17,496 bases of DNA from Candidatus Krumholzibacteriia bacterium (GCA_046754105.1 JBHHVD010000068.1:1-17496); one strand, 5' to 3'. Positions 1-8,062 are shown, numbered from the stretch's first letter. Numbers and translations: made by a program. Notes: generated from the sequence alone by a model not told the origin.

Positions 1-256
1 GGCCCTGCGGCAACAAAAAGCTGATGACGCGGTAGGGCAAGGCGGGCAACCCCGCATCCGCCAGTCGATCGTAGCCCTTCTCGTCGACACGCACTCGGGA
101 AGCCTCGCCGTTGCGATCGACCGCCACCCGGTCCCGGGAAAGCTGGCTGGTGTAACTCAGATCCGATGCCAGCGAGACGTGGGCGGAGACAAAAAGCGTT
201 GCCACCCCGACCAGGAATACCACCCCGGCCGGGAGGCATGCGAGCTTACGAGCCAT
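1..256 (-). CDS. N-terminal part of a secreted C25 (gingipain-like) peptidase-family protein; runs off the window edge
   Basis: Manual translation (not in ORF track): MARKLACLPAGVVFLVGVATLFVSAHVSLASDLSY...GYDRLADAGLPALPYRVISFLLPQG. Signal peptide followed by a GxPxLPx(6-7)LPxG motif typical of Propeptide_C25. RBS AAGGAGG just upstream of ATG at 256. Confidence 0.7.
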   Translation of the reverse strand, partial: MARKLACLPAGVVFLVGVATLFVSAHVSLASDLSYTSQLSRDRVAVDRNGEASRVRVDEKGYDRLADAGLPALPYRVISFLLPQG

Positions 257-432
257 TGGATCCTCCTTCAAACGGATGTCGAACGTCGCGCGCCTCGAGC
301 GAATCTAAAACCTTTGAACTTCGTCTGGGCGTATGTGTGGGCGGTACTAAACAAAAGAGCGGTTGCAGTGGGCAGTAAGAACTCCTTATTTGTCCGGCAG
401 GCATGGGTACTCAACACACTAGATGAGCACCG

Positions 433-461
433 ATTATAGGCGATTTCCGGGGGAAAGTCAA
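433..461 (-). promoter_or_regulatory. sigma70 promoter for the C25-type gene
   Basis: TTGACT (461-456), 17-bp spacer, TATAAT (438-433) on the minus strand. Confidence 0.8.
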
Positions 462-475
462 GCCCGTCGCTTGCC

Positions 476-505
476 CGGTAGTGCGTCAGTACGGACCCAC
501 TACCG
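476..505 (-). terminator. Hairpin just after the clpB stop (possible terminator or stabiliser)
   Basis: Inverted repeat CGGTAGTG(476-483)/CACTACCG(498-505) with inner GTC/GAC, 12 nt past the clpB stop. No U-tract. Confidence 0.45.
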
Positions 506-517
506 CTTGCCCGGGTT

Positions 518-3097
518 TTACTCACCGGCACCGATGATGAAGCCCGAACCGTTCGCTGACACGCGCACCGCCGATCCCTCCTCGAGCTCGCCGCGGAGGA
601 GCGCCGTGGCAATTCCATTCTCTATTTTTTTCTGTATCAGCCGTTTGAGAGGACGGGCTCCGTACACGGGGTCGAAACCCTCCGCGGCCAGCGCCTCGAC
701 GACGCCCGGGGTGACGTCGAGCCGAAGCCCTTTCGCCTCGAGGCGTGTGGCGAGCCGCGCCAGCTGCAGGTTGGTGATTTCGCGTATCTCTCCCTCGGTA
801 AGCGTATGAAACACGATGACGTCGTCGAGCCGGTTTACGAACTCCGGCTTGAAGCTCGAGTGCACGGCCTGGAGCACACGTTCGCGCATGCCCTCGAAGT
901 TCGGCGAGCTGTCCTCCCGGGAAGTTCCCAGGTTTGAGGTCATGATAATGAGGGCGTTCGAGAAATCCGCCGTCCTCCCCTTGCCGTCGGTTAGACGGCC
1001 GTCGTCGAGAATCTGGAGCAGGATGTTGAACACGTCGACGTGCGCCTTTTCGATCTCGTCCATCAGGATCACGGAGTAGGGCTGTCGCCGAACGGACTCG
1101 GTCAGGAACCCGCCGTCGTCATGTCCGACGTATCCCGGCGGCGCGCCGATGAGGCGCGCGACCGCGTGCTTCTCCATATACTCGGACATGTCGACGCGGA
1201 TAATCCGGTTCTCGTCGTCGAAGAGCGTGGCGGCCAGCGCCCTGGCCAGCTCGGTTTTGCCCACGCCGGTCGGCCCCACGAACAAGAACGAGCCCACCGG
1301 CTTGTTCTCGACGCTCAACCCGGCGCGTGCACGCCGGACCGCCTCCGAGACGGCCCGTACGGCGTACGCCTGGCCAACGACGCGTTCGCCGAGGCGGGCT
1401 TCGAGGTGGAGCAGCTTGTCTTTTTCCGCCTCCATTATCCTGCTGACCGGCACCCCCGTCCAGCGGGCGACGATGTCGGCGATCTCCTCCTCCGTGACCT
1501 CCTCCTTCAACAGGGCCCTTCCGCCGGCGTGTACGGCGGCGAGCTCCGAGTTCGCATCTCGGAGCCGTCGCTCGAGGTCGGGCACGAGCCCATAGCGGAT
1601 CTCTCCGAGTTTTTCGAGATCGTTCTCCCGAGCGGCCAGCTGTTCCTCGTGCCTGGCCTCGTCCATGCGCGCCTTTATTTCACGGATCTTCTGGATCGCG
1701 TTCTTTTCGTTGCTCCATTCGAGGGCGAGTGCGGCGCGCTCTTCCTCGAGGCCGGCGAGTTCGCCCGCGATTTCGTCCAGGCGCCTCTTCGACCGGTCGT
1801 CGTCCTCCTTCTCGAGGACCTTCTTTTCGATCTTGAGCTGGGTGAGCCGCCCGTCGATGTCGGTCAGCTGCCGGGGCTGGCTGTCGAGCTCCAGCCGTAG
1901 TTTGGACGCAGCCTCATCGATCAGGTCGATCGCCTTGTCCGGCAAGAAGCGATCGGTGATGTAGCGGTCGGACAGGCGCGCCGCGGTCAGCAGCGCGCGG
2001 TCGGTTATGCGAACGCCGTGGTGGACTTCGTAACGTTCCTTCAGGCCCCTTAGAATGGAAACGGTCTCGTCGGTGCCCGGCTCGCGCACCATCACGATCT
2101 GAAAGCGCCGCTCCAGGGCGGCGTCCTTCTCGATATGCTTGCGGTATTCGTCCACCGTCGTCGCCCCGATGCAGCGCAGATCTCCCCGGGCGAGGGCCGG
2201 CTTGATCATGTTCGAGGCGTCGAGCGAGCCCTCGGCCGCCCCGGCCCCCACGAGCGTATGCAACTCGTCGATAAAGAGAATGATGCCCCCGTTCGCGCTT
2301 TGAATCGCCTTGAGGACCGCCTTGAACCGTTCTTCGAACTCGCCCCTGAACTTGGTGCCCGCGACCAGCGAGCCCATGTCCAGTGCGAGCAGGCGTTTGT
2401 CTCGCAAGCTGTCAGGGACCTCTCCGTCGGCGATCCGTTGGGCGAGACCCTCGGCGATGGCCGTCTTGCCGACGCCCGGTTCGCCGATGAGCACCGGGTT
2501 GTTCTTCGTCCGCCGCGAGAGAATCTGCGTGGCACGGCGGATCTCGTCGTCGCGCCCGATGACCGGATCCACCTTGCCGGACAGCGCGGCCTGGACGAGA
2601 TCCACGGTGAAGCGCTCCAGCGCCTGGTATTTTTCTTCAGGATTCGCATCGACGACCTGCTCGGAGCCGCGGAGCTTCTCGAGCGCGGCCAGTACCGTAT
2701 TGCGGTCGACCCCGACGCCGGAGAGCAAGCCGCCCACCGGGGACCTGCCGTCCGCCAGCATGGCCAGAAGGAGATGCTCGGTGGAAACGTAGCTGTCCTT
2801 GAGCTTCTCCGCCTCGGCGTAGGCCCCCTGGATCACTCTCTTCAGTTCCGCGGAGAGATGGGTCACTCCCGCGCCCTCTTGTGTCGGCAGGCTCCGCAGC
2901 TGGCGGTCGACAATCTCGGCGACCGCGGCGGTATCAACGCCCTGGGCGGCGAGCAACGCCGGGATCACTCCGCCTTTTTGATCGATCAGCGCCTCGAGAA
3001 GGTGCCAGGGGGTGACTTCCGGGTGGTTCTTCAGAAAGGCGCACTCACTCGCCGCGCCGAGGGCCGTACCTGCTTTTTCGGTAAACTTGTCCATCAT
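518..3097 (-). CDS. clpB: ATP-dependent disaggregase ClpB
   Basis: Clp N-domain (MMDKFTEKA...STEHLLLA), NBD1 [13 protein letters not shown] with KFRG pore loop, long coiled-coil M-domain, NBD2 [19 protein letters not shown] loop, GARPLKR. No IGF/LGF ClpP-docking loop. Start moved to ATG 3097 (GGAG upstream). Confidence 0.95.
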   Translation of the reverse strand: MMDKFTEKAGTALGAASECAFLKNHPEVTPWHLLEALIDQKGGVIPALLAAQGVDTAAVAEIVDRQLRSLPTQEGAGVTHLSAELKRVIQGAYAEAEKLKDSYVSTEHLLLAMLADGRSPVGGLLSGVGVDRNTVLAALEKLRGSEQVVDANPEEKYQALERFTVDLVQAALSGKVDPVIGRDDEIRRATQILSRRTKNNPVLIGEPGVGKTAIAEGLAQRIADGEVPDSLRDKRLLALDMGSLVAGTKFRGEFEERFKAVLKAIQSANGGIILFIDELHTLVGAGAAEGSLDASNMIKPALARGDLRCIGATTVDEYRKHIEKDAALERRFQIVMVREPGTDETVSILRGLKERYEVHHGVRITDRALLTAARLSDRYITDRFLPDKAIDLIDEAASKLRLELDSQPRQLTDIDGRLTQLKIEKKVLEKEDDDRSKRRLDEIAGELAGLEEERAALALEWSNEKNAIQKIREIKARMDEARHEEQLAARENDLEKLGEIRYGLVPDLERRLRDANSELAAVHAGGRALLKEEVTEEEIADIVARWTGVPVSRIMEAEKDKLLHLEARLGERVVGQAYAVRAVSEAVRRARAGLSVENKPVGSFLFVGPTGVGKTELARALAATLFDDENRIIRVDMSEYMEKHAVARLIGAPPGYVGHDDGGFLTESVRRQPYSVILMDEIEKAHVDVFNILLQILDDGRLTDGKGRTADFSNALIIMTSNLGTSREDSSPNFEGMRERVLQAVHSSFKPEFVNRLDDVIVFHTLTEGEIREITNLQLARLATRLEAKGLRLDVTPGVVEALAAEGFDPVYGARPLKRLIQKKIENGIATALLRGELEEGSAVRVSANGSGFIIGAGE

Positions 3098-3135
3098 GGG
3101 TATCCACTCCCGAGTTAGCGTTATCCCATCGTATC

Positions 3136-3151
3136 GCACGATTGGTGCCAG
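3136..3151 (-). promoter_or_regulatory. Putative sigma54 (-24/-12) promoter of clpB
   Basis: CTGGCACCAATCGTGC = TGGCAC-N5-GTGC, exact GG-N10-GC spacing, about 40 nt upstream of the start codon. Confidence 0.6.
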
Positions 3152-3187
3152 ATACCCTTCGCCCGAATGGTTCTGTAAGCGATTATA

Positions 3188-3200
3188 TAACAATTGGTTA
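3188..3200. promoter_or_regulatory. IHF-like binding site upstream of the clpB sigma54 promoter
   Basis: TAACAATTGGTTA matches WATCAANNNNTTR with one mismatch, within an AT-rich patch. Confidence 0.4.
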
Positions 3201-3296
3201 TGAAACCGCCACCAGCCGCCGTTCCGCCGAGCGATCGTGATATGACATGATGGCAGTACTAATTGGCAGTTTGGGCGTGCGGTGTGGCAGGCGTGG

Positions 3297-5087
3297 TTAC
3301 TCGACCAGGTACCAGTTCATGAGGGTCGCCCGCGGGATGTGGACGATCGCTCGGGCCAACGCGACCTCGTCTTGCGTGGGCCCCGAGACGGTGGCGGTGA
3401 TCCCCCCCACCATGAGATGGCCCGCGTCGTCGCTGTGGCCCATGCCGATGGCGTGCCCGATCTCGTGCATGCTGATCGTCTTCAACAGACCGAGGGACGC
3501 GCCATCGTAGACGGTGCGCATGTTGATCCGGCCCTGCACCGGCAGGAACCCGGGGCCCACCGTAATGACTTCGTAGAAATCCGCGCTGATATCGGACCGG
3601 TAATCCACCTGGACGCCCAGGGCCGGAACGGCATCGACGAACGTAAACAGTTCCATCCCCAGCGCCAGCTCCCAGTCGTCGAAGGACTCCTTGATCTTCA
3701 TCTCGTAATCGACGCCGGCGTGGACAAATGGCTTTACGTACACGTCCACCGGAAAGTCCCACGTCCGCAGCTTGTCACCCAGTCCGCTACCGACGCTGGT
3801 GAGCTTGCGGAAATAGTCGAGAAATGACGTGTACTGTGTCGTCTGCAACGGCAGGTTCGGCATCAGCCAGAAGGTGAAATACGCATCGTGGTACACCAGC
3901 CAGAAATCGGTTTCCATATCGAAATAGCCACCGACACTGCCGGAGAGGTTCTCGTCCTTCAACCGAAACGGGGCGATCGTCTGGGGCATTTCGGTGAGCG
4001 CGAATCCGCCGTCGATCCGCGTCGTGGCCTCGAGACCACCCAGTTCGACGACCACTCCGGGTACCGGCGCACCGGTCACCGCGTCGCGAACCGTCCCAAA
4101 CACTTCCATGCCCTTGGACGTTCCCGCCACCGGACTACTCACGGACGAGAGATTGCCGAAATCATCGCGGGCGCGCACCGCCACCCACACGAAATCCGCG
4201 GGCTTGAGGTCGCGAATCACCATCGTTTGAACGGCGCCCGGCGAGGCGGGCGCGGGCACGCCCGTGCGCTCGCTGGCCGCGTCCCAGGTGTGTTCGTCGG
4301 TGATCGGCGTCGATGACGTTCCGACGAGGTAATCGCTCGGTATTCCGGCCATGCTGTCGTCGCCGACCGCGATCCACTCTACCACGAGCTCGCCGGGTTC
4401 GCTCCCGGTGACGAGCGACTGGATGACGACCGTAGCGGGCACGATCGAGTCGGGCTCCGCCGCCACCTGCAGGTCCCATTCGTGCGTGGCGGTGGCGCTG
4501 TCCGGGTCGAACGCCGTCGCCCGCACCCTGACCCTGCCCACCTCGTTCGAGGGATACAGGTACTGGTTGCTGGACGCGACGAGCGAGTCGTCTACGGTAA
4601 AGACGTAGCTGAGCGTTTCACCCTCCGGGTCTTCCGCCGTCAGCGAGAACGCAATGGAGTTGCCGACGATCACCGTGGGCAGCGGATCCGTCGGGTCGAA
4701 ATCGACGACCTGCGGCGGTGCGTTGACGCGGGGCATCCGCTGCACCTGCCAGCGAATGAAGGTCTCCTTGCTGCCGTTTGTTACCACAGCCCTCACTTCG
4801 ACGATGCCGGTGTCCGCGATGACGTACACGAAATCGGCGCCCGTCGCTACCACGCTGTCGTCGACGGTATAATAGAATTCGAGGGCGTTGTCGTCCGGGT
4901 CCCGCGCCTGGATGGAGAACGCGAGTTCCTCACCGACGATGATGTCTACGGTGTGAGCATTCGGGGTGAACCCCTGGATGAGCGGGTCCCGCCGCGCGCG
5001 ATCGGGTGATTCCACGTTGCAGGAAATCACGCCCGCGGCAAGCAACAGGCTGCACGCGGCAGAGATGGTCAACAAGCGTGTCGGCAT
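3297..5087 (-). CDS. Lipoprotein with two Ig-like repeats, FN3-like domain, carboxypeptidase-regulatory-like domain and C-terminal matrixin/M10-like zinc metallopeptidase
   Basis: Signal peptide with lipobox (LLLAAGVISC). Two repeats AFSxxAxDP(D/E)xxxLxxxxTVDDSxVA. WIAVGDD FN3-like segment. GTVRDAVTGAPVPGVVV. HEIGHAIGMGH zinc motif plus Met-turn (HLMVG). Start could alternatively be 5102 or 5108. Confidence 0.8.
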   Translation of the reverse strand: MPTRLLTISAACSLLLAAGVISCNVESPDRARRDPLIQGFTPNAHTVDIIVGEELAFSIQARDPDDNALEFYYTVDDSVVATGADFVYVIADTGIVEVRAVVTNGSKETFIRWQVQRMPRVNAPPQVVDFDPTDPLPTVIVGNSIAFSLTAEDPEGETLSYVFTVDDSLVASSNQYLYPSNEVGRVRVRATAFDPDSATATHEWDLQVAAEPDSIVPATVVIQSLVTGSEPGELVVEWIAVGDDSMAGIPSDYLVGTSSTPITDEHTWDAASERTGVPAPASPGAVQTMVIRDLKPADFVWVAVRARDDFGNLSSVSSPVAGTSKGMEVFGTVRDAVTGAPVPGVVVELGGLEATTRIDGGFALTEMPQTIAPFRLKDENLSGSVGGYFDMETDFWLVYHDAYFTFWLMPNLPLQTTQYTSFLDYFRKLTSVGSGLGDKLRTWDFPVDVYVKPFVHAGVDYEMKIKESFDDWELALGMELFTFVDAVPALGVQVDYRSDISADFYEVITVGPGFLPVQGRINMRTVYDGASLGLLKTISMHEIGHAIGMGHSDDAGHLMVGGITATVSGPTQDEVALARAIVHIPRATLMNWYLVE

Positions 5088-5142
5088 ATCTCGCTCTGAC
5101 ATATACACTTATGGATGGATTCGAGAGTTCGGGGTCTCTCTT

Positions 5143-5172
5143 AAGATACGTAGCGAGGGGGACCCTTGACAA
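5143..5172 (-). promoter_or_regulatory. Possible sigma70 promoter of the lipoprotein peptidase
   Basis: TTGTCA (5172-5167), 18 bp, TATCTT (5148-5143). Confidence 0.4.
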
Positions 5173-5199
5173 GTGCGATTTCGTTGGAGAATACGGGGG

Positions 5200-5529
5200 T
5201 TAGCCAGTCACCGAGGCCGCGAAGACATCCAGGTAGCGTTGCAGGGCGCGGTCCACCGCTTCCGCGTAACCGTCCTGCGTCCGCACGCGGGCGTCCCAGG
5301 ACGGCGCATCGCCGATCTGGACGTGGAAGAGCTCGCGGTATGGCACGAGCCGGCACAGAAACGCATCCCCCAGGAAGAAGCGCACCTCCACCCGCGTCGC
5401 CTGCACTTGCACGCCCTCGTGCACCCCGCTCAACAGGGCGACGAAGCGGTGAAACATCTGCTTCACCGAATTGTCGCTGATCTCATCCCCCAGCCGGGTG
5501 GCCGGCGGAGACTCCGGTGTCTTGTGCAC
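5200..5529 (-). CDS. Hypothetical protein (109 aa), third gene of the ParA-CBM48 unit
   Basis: Strong RBS GAGGAG 5 nt before GTG 5529. Overlaps the 3' end of the upstream gene by 47 nt. Globular-looking alpha/beta sequence. Confidence 0.7.
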   Translation of the reverse strand: MHKTPESPPATRLGDEISDNSVKQMFHRFVALLSGVHEGVQVQATRVEVRFFLGDAFLCRLVPYRELFHVQIGDAPSWDARVRTQDGYAEAVDRALQRYLDVFAASVTG

Positions 5530-6259
5530 GATTTCTCCTCGCGTTGCCGTTCATCCGGCTCAGCAAGCTGTCGCAAATCGAAAGGTATTCCAGCGATGCC
5601 CGTGCCTGCGGGTTCCGCAGAACTACGGGCACGCGATCGACGACGAGCGGCTTCCACACACCCAGTCCGCCGAGGTGCTCCACTCCGGGGACGGGGCACG
5701 GGCCGGGACCACCCACCGTCATGGTGAACGCGCGCTGCGGCTCGATCCGCCGCCCGAGTCGCCGGGCCGCGGCCGCATCGGCACCGCCCGCATCGTGGAC
5801 GAGCAGCGTCCAGCGATCGGCGGTTCTTAGGCCCTCGGCGCGCTCGAGCGCGCCCCACAGCTCATCCCCCGATGACAACGCGGGCAGGTGGATCAGGTGA
5901 ACCTGGGGTCGGCCCGATCCACCCGCGGGCGGCGGTGCGGTTTCGAAGGTCAGCGACACGCCGGCGAGCGCCGGGTGAAACGTGTCCTGCCCCCAGGCGC
6001 GCGTTCCCAGGTAGAGCCTGGGCGGGTGCGCCAGGTAGAACGACGCGTTGGGCAACGTGCCGCTCAGCTCGTACAAGCGTACGTCGAGTTTTCTGCGCGC
6101 AAACGCGACCGCCAGATTGGCCACGTGCAGCCCGCCGAAGCACTCGCGCCGCGACGATGTCACCGCGACGCTGACTACCGCGCGGGCCCCACCTTGCCGT
6201 CGGGACAGATAGAGGTGTGCAATGTCGCGGATATGCCGCGGGCGAGGCTGTTTTGTCAT
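5483..6259 (-). CDS. Degenerate MinD/ParA-like protein lacking Walker A
   Basis: VVSVAVTSSRRECFGGLHVANLAVAFARRKLDVRLYE mirrors the MinD/ParA strand-P-loop-NLAxxLA-strand segment without KGGxGK. C-terminus VPVVLRNPQARASLEYLSICDSLL resembles MinD/FlhG C-termini. N-terminal IRDIAHLYLS helix. Start set at ATG 6259 (MTKQP) to avoid overlapping parA. Confidence 0.6.
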   Translation of the reverse strand: MTKQPRPRHIRDIAHLYLSRRQGGARAVVSVAVTSSRRECFGGLHVANLAVAFARRKLDVRLYELSGTLPNASFYLAHPPRLYLGTRAWGQDTFHPALAGVSLTFETAPPPAGGSGRPQVHLIHLPALSSGDELWGALERAEGLRTADRWTLLVHDAGGADAAAARRLGRRIEPQRAFTMTVGGPGPCPVPGVEHLGGLGVWKPLVVDRVPVVLRNPQARASLEYLSICDSLLSRMNGNARRNRAQDTGVSAGHPAGG

Positions 6260-6296
6260 GTGTCCGAGTGCCCCTGGGATTGACGGGTAACGGCGG

Positions 6297-7370
6297 CTAG
6301 ACAATGAGAAGCGAGTTCTCCTGGCCGAATTCGTTTCTGGTGTAATCGACATTGTTGGGATCCCGGATCCATACACCATCAACGATAAAACGGTACTCGT
6401 ACTCGCCGGGTTTGATGTCGAGAACTACCTTCCAGAGCCCGTCCTCTGGATCTTTTTCCATCTGAATTCCCTCTCGTGACCAGTTCGTGAACTCGCCGGT
6501 CACCGAAACACCGGTCGCTTGCTTCTCGTCGAGGGTGAAGAGAACACCCTCGGAAACCCGCTGCGGTCCATGGAGCTTTTCCATCCACTGCTGCAGCCCG
6601 GTGGTCTGCACCTTGCGCTCTTTTTCGGCGATCTCGCGGGCAAGTGTCAGAAACTGGCGCGCGGCCTTCCCGTGCCGGTCCAGATCGAATATCGACACTC
6701 CTTTGGAAGCGGCTTCTTTCAGCTTGACCGTGTGGCTTATAAACGTGTCGAGCAGGACCGCTGAGTGGAACTTCTCGGTCTCTTTCAATATGTCATTCGA
6801 GAAATGAGTCCTCGTCTCCAGGTTGTTGCAGACGACGTGGACGTCGAGCCGGCGCTGGACTTCTTCCTCGATTACCTCGATCGTCTCCCGGAGCTTGGCC
6901 AACCCGTGTACCGAAAAATAACTGGCGTCAACCGGGATGAGAACCTCGCCGCTTGCGATCAACGCGTTGAAGGTGAGAAGACCGACACTCGGAGGGCAAT
7001 CGATCAGGACGTAATCGTAATTGTCGTTACCCAGATCGGACAATGTTCGCGACAGCTGCTCCTCGCGGCCCATGCGCTCGGAGAGCTCCTGCTCTACGCC
7101 GCTGAGCACCGTGCTGGACGCGACGACGTCGAGGTGCTCGTTGACCCTGACGCGCGCGTCGTGAATGCGGGTGGCCGGATCCATCAACAACTCGTAGCTG
7201 GTCACCTCCGCGTCCTCGCGTATCCCGAGACCGACCGACGCGTGCGCCTGCGGGTCGAGATCGATGAGAAGTACCCGCCGCTCGAGCGATGCCAGCGCAC
7301 CGGCGAGATTGATGGATACCGTCGTCTTGCCGCATCCGCCCTTCTGATTCATGACAGCGATCGTTCTCAT
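6297..7370 (-). CDS. ParA/Soj-family ATPase fused to a C-terminal AMPK-beta-type CBM48 glycogen-binding domain
   Basis: NQKGGCGKTT deviant Walker A, DLDPQ, DCPPS. C-terminal ~85 aa VSVTGEFTNW...GLWKVVLDIKPGEYEYRFIVDGVWIRDPNN...NEFGQENSLL is a CBM48/E-set domain. RBS GGAGG. Confidence 0.9.
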   Translation of the reverse strand: MRTIAVMNQKGGCGKTTVSINLAGALASLERRVLLIDLDPQAHASVGLGIREDAEVTSYELLMDPATRIHDARVRVNEHLDVVASSTVLSGVEQELSERMGREEQLSRTLSDLGNDNYDYVLIDCPPSVGLLTFNALIASGEVLIPVDASYFSVHGLAKLRETIEVIEEEVQRRLDVHVVCNNLETRTHFSNDILKETEKFHSAVLLDTFISHTVKLKEAASKGVSIFDLDRHGKAARQFLTLAREIAEKERKVQTTGLQQWMEKLHGPQRVSEGVLFTLDEKQATGVSVTGEFTNWSREGIQMEKDPEDGLWKVVLDIKPGEYEYRFIVDGVWIRDPNNVDYTRNEFGQENSLLIV

Positions 7371-7390
7371 GGGCCTCTACCTCCAAGAAC

Positions 7391-7425
7391 AAAAAAAGAG
7401 CCGGCTTCCTGGACAAACCCGGCTC
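7391..7425 (-). terminator. Intrinsic terminator in the 5' leader of the ParA-CBM48 gene
   Basis: Minus strand GAGCCGG-N14-CCGGCTC followed by T7, ending about 6 nt before the RBS. Confidence 0.75.
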
Positions 7426-7544
7426 ATCCGCAGGGCGCGAAAAGACGATGACCCTCGCGTATTGATTGGTACCCGTGCCCCATAGCCACCTGCTATCTGT
7501 TTCATTTTCAAGGTGTTATAGGCAACAACTAAGGCTCGCAAGCA

Positions 7545-7574
7545 AGCGTATAGGCAGGCGATTTTTCCTGTCAA
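7545..7574 (-). promoter_or_regulatory. sigma70 promoter for the ParA-CBM48 leader
   Basis: TTGACA (7574-7569), 18 bp, TACGCT (7550-7545). Confidence 0.6.
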
Positions 7575-7581
7575 GCGTTTT

Positions 7582-8007
7582 TTAGCGGTAGGCGATCGTC
7601 GCGACCAGCAGACCCACGAGGAAGCCCACTGTAACCTCCCACCAGGTGTGTCCGACGAGTTCCTTGAGACGCGAAGGGTTGATGTGGTGGCTCGCGAGCA
7701 GATCGTCGATCAATTCGTTGAGCACGCGCGCCTGTTTTCCTACTTCCTGCCGGAGGCCCGCCGCCTCGAATACGATGTACATGCTGAAGATCAGCGTGAT
7801 GCTGAACATTGCGGAGCCCAGTCCGCTGTAGAGCCCGACACCGATGGTTAGCGTTGTGACCAGGGCCGTGTGCGAACTGGGCATTCCGCCGGTGTCGAAG
7901 AGCCGCTCGAGACGCAGGCGCCGGGTTTCGCGAAGACCCACGATCACTTTCAAGAACTGGGCAAAGATCCCGCTGACCAGCGATGCCAGCCCGACGATAT
8001 GAAGCAT
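7582..8007 (-). CDS. Divergent PAP2 family protein (DUF212)
   Basis: AQFLK, TGGMPSSHTA, EAAGLRQEVGKQARVLN and LKELVGHT motifs, with hydrophobic helices. Confidence 0.9.
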   Translation of the reverse strand: MLHIVGLASLVSGIFAQFLKVIVGLRETRRLRLERLFDTGGMPSSHTALVTTLTIGVGLYSGLGSAMFSITLIFSMYIVFEAAGLRQEVGKQARVLNELIDDLLASHHINPSRLKELVGHTWWEVTVGFLVGLLVATIAYR

Positions 8008-8062
8008 GTGCCCCTCGAACGGGTAAGAAGTGCGGCGGCCGGCTCGTGCCGGTCACGCCGCG

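Noticed and set aside
816..3118. Long plus-strand ORFs antisense to clpB (for example 1040-1900, 2135-3118)
   Set aside because: Shadow ORFs typical of high-GC coding DNA; no motifs. The same applies to ORFs antisense to parA, the SBP, ychF and pntB.
3100..3125. CIRCE-like fragments (CACTC..GAGT, TTAGC) before clpB
   Set aside because: Order and spacing do not fit TTAGCACTC-N9-GAGTGCTAA.
3098..3193. N-terminal extension of ClpB in the ORF track
   Set aside because: Overlaps the RBS and promoter; ClpB homology starts at MMDKFT.
5166..5192. Plus-strand TTGACA promoter
   Set aside because: No acceptable -10 at 16-18 bp and no plus-strand gene downstream.
7377..7574. 65-aa ORF or leader peptide upstream of parA
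   Set aside because: Its TTG start is the -35 box, the internal ATG lacks an SD, and there is no amino-acid run typical of attenuator peptides. Not fully excluded.
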